Shown here: one piece after another, positions 57,701 through 64,000 of the stretch
Numbering within the stretch: the first letter of the stretch is position 1
How the letters are laid out: each line of letters opens with the position of its first letter
Source: Bdellovibrionales bacterium
GTDB taxonomy: Bacteria > Bdellovibrionota > Bdellovibrionia > Bdellovibrionales > UBA1609
Assembly (NCBI GenBank): GCA_041740515.1
Contig: JBGSLV010000036.1
Span: 4,429-68,428, forward strand
Direction of reading: 5' to 3'
DNA: 64,000 bases
Notes under the pieces: generated by a model
The model's input: the letters and a program-made list of their open reading frames with translations, nothing else
What the model was told of the DNA's origin: nothing
The model's database searches: none
Position numbers and translations under genes: made by a program

Positions 57701-60591
57701 GCCACCACCGGAGCCACTGTTCCTACACCGTCTAAAGTTTCTAGAACAAATGGTCCTCGACACTGGCTAGTTAAAGAACTTACTGGCAACACAGGAGGTG
57801 TTATACGAAACGCAGATGGGCTGATCGTTAATGTTCGAGTACTAGACTGGGTCATTCCCAAGGCCACATTCGAAATAAAAATATTTAAAATCTCAGCCTG
57901 GTTACCACGGAAATATACGGGTGTTGATCCCGATCCATTCGGCATAGTGATTGTCGTATTAGACCCACCACCTGTGCATGACGAAGATGTGTAAAATCGG
58001 CCAGTGGTTGATACTCCCTGTACACCGTTGATGGTTAGATTTAAATTTTGATGTGCAGGAACAACATTATTTAAAGTGTCTCGAAGACTTACCGTAAATG
58101 CAGTTGAACATTGACCTGCGACAACGCTTGATGGTCCTGTATAATTAATTCTTGAAGCTAAAACTTTAATCTCTTGCGGCAAGGACACCGTAGTAATTAA
58201 ACCATTTGGATCAGCGGCGTTAACCATTAAATTTTCACCCACAGGATCTCTTAAATAAACAAAAGTATTTGAATTTGGCGCGGCCCCTAAACTCATTGGA
58301 AAACTTGTAGCCGTAATCGCCGTTGTACAAGTATCATCAGAAAAAAGCGTGGCACTTGACCCTAATATACCAGACATAGCTATATTAATTGTTCCAAAAA
58401 CTTGTCCTTGGGTGTCGTCCTCTGCAAGGGGTGAAATCACAATTCGAGTTGAACATTGTCCAGATAGAACCGTCAGCAATGTTCCTGGGGCTGCAGGAAT
58501 AGCAGCTTCAGCCAATAAACGAATTTTACTTGGTGTGATATTCAAAGCGTAGTTTGCCGCTGTTAAAACAGATGAAGAGTCAGAGACTGCAATATTTAAA
58601 GCCAATGATTTATTATTTTTTAAATAAAGAATTTTAGTGTTTTGTCCTGTACTGAATAGAACATTGGTACTTAGTGGTGCGCCCCCACATGTGTTGCTAG
58701 AGTAAAAACTTGAAGTCCCATGACCAGAGATTTGCACGGTTGTATTACCAGTGGCGTTGGCTAAATTGCCTCCTAAATCGCGAAGCTGTATTAAGATCTG
58801 ATCACTACACTGTCCCGATCGAACTTCACTAGGACCTGATACTGTAATGACTCTTGGTATGCCGGCTGTAATGTTAAAGTTATTACTTGTTGCTGGAGTT
58901 AAAACTCCAGAATTGGCGACCAAACGATAGTTGGTACCTGTTCTATCAATACCTAAATCATTAAACTGAGCAATCCCATTAACAGCGACCACAGGATTTG
59001 TTCCGGTAAGTATTGCACCATTAACGTTATTCGAAATTGTTAAAGCAATTGATGACGAAGCTTGTGCACCTGTGGTGATAAGATTGCCCTGGGCATCTTG
59101 AACTGCAAGTTGAATTGGGTTCATACTTGCCAGACCTGCAGGGGAAGTTTGTGGCTGTGCTAAAAAAGCCAATCGAGCAGGAGGCCCCGCTTTGAACGGA
59201 GCTAAAACTTGTATGGCATTAAGACCCGAGGGTGAAGTGATACTTAAAACTCTTGCCGGTGTTGTATCTGCAATTGAAGTTGAAATAGAACCAGTTGTGA
59301 CTCCCGTTGCATCGGTGTTTAACGAGGGCTGTGTTATCGAATCACCCACAATGTTCGAAGAAAATTGCGGTCTAATTCCTGAAACGGGGTTTCCAAAAGA
59401 ATCACGAAGCGTAAAAATCACTTGATAGGAATCCGAGCCATTGGCAATCAAAGCTTCAAACGGAGGAATAATGGCTGGATTAATTGTTAGTGTACTTAAA
59501 GTCGGCGAAACGTTTCCTGGTGTTATATTAAATTGGCTAGAGTCAACAACCATCTCTGGACTACCAAAAGGTAAACCTGAGGTATCAGCTTTACGTGCCG
59601 ATATTATTTTTAATCCCGACTCTTCAAAATTAATTCCAGTGAATGTGGCAACTCCCGCCACAGCATTGATGGCAAATGTTCCACCAACACTTCCGCTGGA
59701 GGGGGATGTCGGTGCGATCTCTAAAGTGATAAGAGCCGTGGCATCAGGTCCCCCTGAAACAATATTACCATTTTCATCTAAAACTCGTACTACAGGCTGT
59801 TGAGTTAATATTTGTCCCGCTTGAGCATTTCCAGGTTGGGTTGCAAAAACTAAAGATTCAGCTCGACCCAAAGCTGTAAAGGTCACAATTTGATTATTAT
59901 TATCTTCAATACCATCAACGGAAACAGCAACACGGCAATTATAAACTGTGTTTGTAACTAAGCTTGTGATTGGCACGCTTGTCAAAGTGATATCTGTAAG
60001 TGTGCTAACTAAACTGAATTCAGTTGCTGCAGCGGTTTTACAATAGACGCTAACTGCTGTGGCTTCACCGGATGTAGCAGGACTAAAATTTAAAATAGCT
60101 TCAGTGCTACTTACTACAAGTGCATTGGTTGCACCCCCATAAGCAATACCTGGAAGATCATTTTCATTTATGTCTTCCATATCTCGATCATCAACAGCTT
60201 TGACTCGAAATTGGTAAACTCTATTTCTATTTAAGCCTGAAATAATGGTTGAAGACACGTTGCCAACTTCTCGTTTAATTTCTGGGAAGGAAGGTAAAGT
60301 TGTATCGTAGATGCGATAACCTGTTACTCTTGTGCTTGAAGATTGAGTCCAAGTGATTCGGACCGAAGAGTCTGATAAAGTTTGGACTGTGGCAGCTCCG
60401 GTAAAGCCACCAAATGTTGTATCCCCATCAATGATAGCTTGAGTTAATGACTCTTCAGAAGGCATACATGAAACTACGGCATGAAGAGATAAGACTAATA
60501 TTAATCTTAAGAAATTTTTTAAGTGAAACAATCTATTAAGATTTGCTGCTTTATAATTATAAACTTGTAAAATGGCTTTTACATGTTTCAT
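54730..60591 (-). CDS. giant surface lipoprotein (1953 aa): 2 FN3, Big/invasin-like Ig domains, 4 two-Cys domains, and about 10 NHL-like beta-propeller blades carrying a GWIG...C...PGWCxGG insert
   Basis: Start set at ATG 60591 after GGGAGAG (MKHVKAIL...LILVLSLHAVVSC lipobox). NHL-like strands: HGLTTDGTWLYVTDFSLHRIQRFNLDTGAY and PTAIVFHGGNLYVVDTRNHRVSSYNAATGNF. The ORF track's extra 35 N-terminal codons are unlikely to be translated. Confidence 0.85.
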   Translation of the reverse strand: MKHVKAILQVYNYKAANLNRLFHLKNFLRLILVLSLHAVVSCMPSEESLTQAIIDGDTTFGGFTGAATVQTLSDSSVRITWTQSSSTRVTGYRIYDTTLPSFPEIKREVGNVSSTIISGLNRNRVYQFRVKAVDDRDMEDINENDLPGIAYGGATNALVVSSTEAILNFSPATSGEATAVSVYCKTAAATEFSLVSTLTDITLTSVPITSLVTNTVYNCRVAVSVDGIEDNNNQIVTFTALGRAESLVFATQPGNAQAGQILTQQPVVRVLDENGNIVSGGPDATALITLEIAPTSPSSGSVGGTFAINAVAGVATFTGINFEESGLKIISARKADTSGLPFGSPEMVVDSSQFNITPGNVSPTLSTLTINPAIIPPFEALIANGSDSYQVIFTLRDSFGNPVSGIRPQFSSNIVGDSITQPSLNTDATGVTTGSISTSIADTTPARVLSITSPSGLNAIQVLAPFKAGPPARLAFLAQPQTSPAGLASMNPIQLAVQDAQGNLITTGAQASSSIALTISNNVNGAILTGTNPVVAVNGIAQFNDLGIDRTGTNYRLVANSGVLTPATSNNFNITAGIPRVITVSGPSEVRSGQCSDQILIQLRDLGGNLANATGNTTVQISGHGTSSFYSSNTCGGAPLSTNVLFSTGQNTKILYLKNNKSLALNIAVSDSSSVLTAANYALNITPSKIRLLAEAAIPAAPGTLLTVLSGQCSTRIVISPLAEDDTQGQVFGTINIAMSGILGSSATLFSDDTCTTAITATSFPMSLGAAPNSNTFVYLRDPVGENLMVNAADPNGLITTVSLPQEIKVLASRINYTGPSSVVAGQCSTAFTVSLRDTLNNVVPAHQNLNLTINGVQGVSTTGRFYTSSSCTGGGSNTTITMPNGSGSTPVYFRGNQAEILNIFISNVALGMTQSSTRTLTISPSAFRITPPVLPVSSLTSQCRGPFVLETLDGVGTVAPVVATTQANLSGAGISGAFYSDNNCTAIITSTTFISGQSSRQFYFKGQFPETSLTLTATHSAGVLTAATQAWAVLGDLGWVGTASTQTDSNGNLLPFRMGVKPVAARYDGIRGANHIAFSPNKQFLFVADHDANRVIKYDYQSLEYRGWIGRMRRENGIGPSGSAQSIPSSALCVGTGNDQPLPGWCVGGLSINGTESTGGFSNPWGITADDTYIYVSSSNTNSVSRHRIDTGEFEGWIGLIGTTAPSGSATGGPGSCNTSTSTVSPGWCRGGSLDTGNSRIGDGRMINPNGVKVDSVFMYVGVSGAVLRYNKATGAFQGWLGIVNVTPTGGAVGCTSTPQGQRTPGWCFGGEFLYSNAQSQSGVQGGVREARDMVISGTNLYVLNSGDGGVINRYNIDTGAFIQRLANLSFNWNNPIAMDFDGSFFYVADDERILKVGATGLIESWMGKVANPSGMSGNAGCNSLASNQNTPGWCLGGTYKPGLDETSFLDNWGLALDGSGSFVTISRRFPMLKKFSVSTGNYQGSIGLESISPRSWSSDRQARVEFHGFDDYSTYNPMGSLIVGDFLFMAEVDGSRVKKFNKRTGELIGWIGAMTSTATGGQNPASCLAANAMGPSPSWCLGASNYPSFTWGDQNLIASNVNGIMQRPHGLTTDGTWLYVTDFSLHRIQRFNLDTGAYGGWIGRIGNSVANIPTGGDPGCTAAGVNSFTPGWCLGGLSREGNGDGQMYQPTAIVFHGGNLYVVDTRNHRVSSYNAATGNFNGWIGRVGSAPNPGCTTASNGNYVVSVAGWCLGGSASLASYRNDRGGGFNFDWGNYDRGGIATDGSHLYITNTRNIRIDKYTFGGVLVESTSTRQDMYVNTWQSAAANIANIGNGLDCSMPVSVWVDSNFIYGMNANTCGSGNGAAIWKMDKTTGTIVGWKGGIQASFPTSGGDPGCAGSSDLTPGWCQGGRVSSGSTLGKFNDSLGMMFGDDHFLYVTDKNGNRMTRFPK

Positions 60592-60829
60592 CTTTACTCT
60601 CCCGCTTACGTACAAATTCTTTAACAAAATTGAACAGATATTTATCGTCATGTTATATAAAGTCCTGCAGATTCTAAGAGGACATAAGTGTTTCAATTTA
60701 AGAATAGACTAAATTTTAAGACCAAAGTTCAGAAAACAAATCTTAAGATTAGGTTAAAGGATAAATCTTCATCACTCATCCAACGTAGTGGATTTAAGTG
60801 TATCAAAATAAGAATTTATTATGTTCTGA

Positions 60830-60851
60830 TTTTTAAGATCTTAAGATTTCA
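60830..60851 (-). promoter_or_regulatory. conserved intergenic element, copy B (TTTTTAAGAT-CTTAAGATTTCA)
   Basis: Same element as 44318-44342. Lies about 240 nt upstream of the 1953-aa lipoprotein start, in a 342-bp intergenic region that also holds the palindrome AATCTTAAGATT (60739-60750). Confidence 0.35.
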
Positions 60852-60933
60852 TGCAGAACACATTTTGAAAATGCACAAAAATATCCTTTTGAGACACTAA
60901 GATTTGTAAACATTAAGACACTATAGATTGGCT

Positions 60934-62043
60934 TTAAAAACTTAAAGCTACATAGGCATTGAACTGGTCTGTGTTTATTTTTTCAAGGGTATCGGTAAAT
61001 CTGTGGCTTGAGTATGAAAACCCATACTGTACTCTTCGAAGATTGTTTAAATTTTGGGTTAAATCCAAACTTAATTTTAAGGATCTTTCGCTAATAGGCT
61101 CCGAAAAATCATATGGTCTATAACTAATTTCAGCTCCGTAACTGATATCACTGTCACGATAGAATTCGGTTCGTAAACCCAAATCAAAGCCATATAAACC
61201 CGAAAATCCAAAAGGTGCACCTAAGGAAAAAAGGTTTATCGTGCCGCCGCCCAAAGTAATACGACTTCGATATTTAGGATTACGCACCAATGGGATTAAG
61301 TAACTTAAACCTACCCTGCCCTCAAAAAACTGTGGGTTTTCCTCCACTGGGGATGACGTATAGGTGAACAGTGTCAATAAAGCATCTGCAAAGTATCCCA
61401 ATTTATACCCTTTTTCAGGAGATGTGTACTTGGCTCCAACGAGTAAAGCTTGGGATACAAAAGTTCCAAATGAACTTTGACGATAGATCAAATACGAATG
61501 CCCAATGGAAAAAAATACCGAGTCAAAAACATTGGCCATTTTATACTCCCTAGCTTCAGGAGCAAAAAGATACAAGGTTTCACCAACTCGTTCATTCTTT
61601 GGTCCAACCGCTGTCAGATATAGCGTGCTAATTCTAGATCTAAGATAAGCGTAAACGACGTATTCACCTTCGACATCTGACTTCCGAACAGGTTCCTTAT
61701 CACTCAAAAAGATTTTCCATCCGGGTTTATTATACTTAAGTTTAAGCTTTACCATGGGTCTAAAGTTTTCACCCTGAGGCACCAAATAAACTGGAACTTT
61801 ATCAGTTTCTAATATTAAATCTTCAATACTACTGCTGCTTGTTTTATCTCTTAGAATGTGGGCTATCCAAAGCGCTTGTTTGGATTTATAAACTTCTCTA
61901 TCTTCAGGGGTGATCTGTTTGGAATTATTTGGTGTTATAGGCTTAGCAGCATCTATGGCTGGAACAGCATCTGGTTTAGACACTCCCTCAGCCAAGACGT
62001 TTTGTAAATGGAGCATCAGTGCAAATAGCAGCAAAATTTTCAT
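60934..62043 (-). CDS. outer-membrane protein: periplasmic N-domain plus C-terminal beta-barrel (369 aa)
   Basis: Signal peptide MKILLLFALMLHLQNVLA (start moved to ATG 62043). The C-terminal half has alternating aromatic/Gly strands and ends ...NAYVALSF with a terminal Phe. Confidence 0.6.
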   Translation of the reverse strand: MKILLLFALMLHLQNVLAEGVSKPDAVPAIDAAKPITPNNSKQITPEDREVYKSKQALWIAHILRDKTSSSSIEDLILETDKVPVYLVPQGENFRPMVKLKLKYNKPGWKIFLSDKEPVRKSDVEGEYVVYAYLRSRISTLYLTAVGPKNERVGETLYLFAPEAREYKMANVFDSVFFSIGHSYLIYRQSSFGTFVSQALLVGAKYTSPEKGYKLGYFADALLTLFTYTSSPVEENPQFFEGRVGLSYLIPLVRNPKYRSRITLGGGTINLFSLGAPFGFSGLYGFDLGLRTEFYRDSDISYGAEISYRPYDFSEPISERSLKLSLDLTQNLNNLRRVQYGFSYSSHRFTDTLEKINTDQFNAYVALSF

Positions 62044-62146
62044 ACTTTTAAGGTTCTCAAATACTAAGACTTCTGACAATGAATATCAGCGAGATGAATA
62101 AGTAATTAACCGAAATAGTCTAAAATAGTTTTGACAGGTGTATATA

Positions 62147-63496
62147 TCATTCCCCAAAAGGTGCAATAAGATGAGGAGCTTGGTAGATGCTTGTGGGACT
62201 GTTGCCTCTAAAAACTAAGCGATCTTGATCATCCCGAACACCTCTAAGTTCAACTCTAATATTACTGGTGCAAGTTATTTGGTTTGATTCAAGCAAAAAA
62301 CAAATTGATGATTCGCCAAACATTACTTTTTTAAAATTCTTTGGGGCATTGCTTACTTTGGTAAATGAACTTGCGATAGGATCTTTTTTACTTTCATATT
62401 TTAAACCCGATGGTAAAATACCTCGACAGTACAACTCCTTATCTAAGGTGACTCCACACATGGCATCAATTAAATGACTCACTTCCACAAATTTATACCC
62501 CTCAGAGATCTCTTTGCCTTGTTTAATGCTAAAGCCTAAATCGGAATAGCTTATGCCATATTTCCTTCGAGTAACCCTAAGATTAGATACATCTTCACTA
62601 AATAGATATAGTTTATTGTTAGTCGCATTTAGTACAATATTATCAGCCATTTGGAAAATATTATGCACTTCTTGATTAAAGACAAACTCATACATTGCTA
62701 AAGTTAAATCTATTGGTATTAAATATTCATTTAAATCACTCGATCTACTTCGACGTTGCCAATTATAAATTTTTCCGTCTAAACCAACAGCAAAAACGCA
62801 AGATGTGGAAAGAAAGAACTCTTTAATTTTTATGTCCGTCATCTTTAGAAAACTATAATTGTCATAGGGTGTACTTATAATTTCATTTAAATCACTTCCA
62901 CCACAAAAAAGTTCATGCTCTGAGTTCAAATAACAAATTAGACTTTCATATATTTTAAGATCTAGAAGGTCTTCGCCAAAGTTGTAAGAAATATTGCTTG
63001 TAAGTATTGATGGCAACATTCTATCAGGATCTATAAATGTCCAATTGTTATTCATATCTTCAACAGCAAGCGCTTGATATCCCATTTCTAATCTTTTAAC
63101 TCCATCAGGAATATGCAACTGCCGAAGGCCAATAAAATTTAAATAGTTATTTCCAAAGCAGTAAACATCTTTGACCAAGGCATAACAATAACTTCTACCG
63201 TAGTTGGCTGTTAACAAAACTTCATCTAGTTTTTTGACTTCCATTTTATCTTCAGAAAGTAAGTTTTGGATAATTTTGACCGCACCAGCTTGTAGATCTG
63301 TTGGCAGCTGCTGCACTAAAATCGATCGAGAGGGCACCTTTTTATCTATTCGAAGTAAGATTTGCTCACACAATTGCTGAGCATATCTTTTTTTGGTCAG
63401 TTTAATATTCATAATTTTTGCTAAAGAAGAAGAAGAAGAATTTGAAACTTCGTCCATAGATACGGCCTCTGGATTCCCATAAATCATTTCACTCAT
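62147..63496 (-). CDS. cytoplasmic protein with degenerate RCC1-like beta-propeller repeats (449 aa)
   Basis: No signal peptide. Recurrent blade signature: SYCYALVKDVYCFGNNYLNFIGL, ICYLNSEHELFCGGSDLNEI, SCVFAVGLDGKIYNWQ, AMCGVTLDKELYCRGILPSGL, SSICFLLESNQITCTSN. Confidence 0.5.
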   Translation of the reverse strand: MSEMIYGNPEAVSMDEVSNSSSSSLAKIMNIKLTKKRYAQQLCEQILLRIDKKVPSRSILVQQLPTDLQAGAVKIIQNLLSEDKMEVKKLDEVLLTANYGRSYCYALVKDVYCFGNNYLNFIGLRQLHIPDGVKRLEMGYQALAVEDMNNNWTFIDPDRMLPSILTSNISYNFGEDLLDLKIYESLICYLNSEHELFCGGSDLNEIISTPYDNYSFLKMTDIKIKEFFLSTSCVFAVGLDGKIYNWQRRSRSSDLNEYLIPIDLTLAMYEFVFNQEVHNIFQMADNIVLNATNNKLYLFSEDVSNLRVTRRKYGISYSDLGFSIKQGKEISEGYKFVEVSHLIDAMCGVTLDKELYCRGILPSGLKYESKKDPIASSFTKVSNAPKNFKKVMFGESSICFLLESNQITCTSNIRVELRGVRDDQDRLVFRGNSPTSIYQAPHLIAPFGE

Positions 63497-63601
63497 AGAG
63501 GCTAAAAAAGGTATAAAATTCTCTACAGTTTTTTGAGCATTTACAGGCTCTATACATGCAGCTTTGACCGCACTAAGGTCCTTGGTTTTAAAACCTAATA
63601 A

Positions 63602-64000
63602 TTAAATACTAAGCTTGTCCCCAGGTTTAGCTTTTAAGATCACTTCACGGGTCATGGTTAATTTAGCTCTCATGAGACCAATTCCATCAAAGGATAAATC
63701 TCTTTGCAGCAATTCTAGACCCGTCGCTTTAGTAGGTAAATAACCATTAACTTTTATTTCAATTCCATCCAAAGTAAGATCAATCTTTTGATGACTGCTT
63801 AAAGAAATATGAACAACTTTGATAAAGTCAGGTTTAAATTTACGAACCTTGGTTGTAAGTGTCAGTGCCACATGACCCACTTGGATCTGTTCAGAATGAG
63901 TCGTGATATCCTTCGAATTAAGCTCCCAAGATTTAGGTTCATCCGCTTTTGAATGAGCCGTAACAGCCGCTACATAATTGGTAAAGAGCTCGTTCAGTTC
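63602..64000 (-). CDS. 3' part of a gene running off the window (C-terminal 132 aa), unknown function
   Basis: My hand translation shows the frame of ORF 63602..63880 stays open up to base 64000 (ELNELFTNYVAAVTAHSKADEPKSWELNSKDITTHSEQIQVGHVALTL...). The track's start is a GTG inside this frame. Confidence 0.55.
   Translation of the reverse strand, partial: ELNELFTNYVAAVTAHSKADEPKSWELNSKDITTHSEQIQVGHVALTLTTKVRKFKPDFIKVVHISLSSHQKIDLTLDGIEIKVNGYLPTKATGLELLQRDLSFDGIGLMRAKLTMTREVILKAKPGDKLSI

Noticed and set aside
60688-60900. 70-aa plus-strand ORF in the long spacer upstream of the giant lipoprotein operon
   Set aside because: Lys/Ile/Phe-rich with no RBS, and made largely of the TTAAGA repeats. 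A small protein cannot be excluded, but a regulatory-DNA interpretation is more parsimonious.

Overview
This is an AT-rich chromosomal window (mid-30s % GC by eye) from a diderm bacterium. I recognised about 45 protein-coding genes and no rRNA, tRNA, CRISPR array, transposase or integrase. The low GC, the many secreted proteins of unknown function and the giant repeat lipoproteins resemble Bdellovibrio-like/Oligoflexia-type genomes; that is inference only.

Layout:
- 1-4.3 kb: very AT-rich block of orphan genes.
- 4.5-10.8 kb: envelope genes (GT2, outer-membrane (OM) barrel) and a TetR-linked pair of secreted proteins.
- 10.9-16.4 kb: 1831-aa lipoprotein with 11 tandem Ig-like repeats.
- 18.9-27.4 kb: complete Vibrio TonB2-type energy-transduction operon (DUF3450/TtpB-like, TtpC-like, ExbB, ExbD, TonB, TPR/TtpD-like), translationally coupled to a 1186-aa TonB-dependent receptor.
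- 30-37 kb: housekeeping genes (class IV aminotransferase, flotillin, Tex, EamA).
- 37.2-41.1 kb: metal(loid) island with a Na/Pi-type transporter, a MerR-headed arsC-acr3 operon with a textbook long-spacer MerR promoter, and a CDF exporter.
- 41.1-64 kb: a 23-kb run of minus-strand genes.

The best candidate for an undescribed system is the 41.1-64 kb run. It holds an OM barrel followed by three giant lipoproteins (NHL-like propeller 1953 aa, FG-GAP 1092 aa, FN3 2295 aa). A three-gene operon follows: a PEGA/TPR lipoprotein, a single-pass membrane protein with a cytoplasmic FliG/MgtE_N-like domain, and a small OM barrel. All functional calls come from motifs read by eye and need HMM or structure confirmation.
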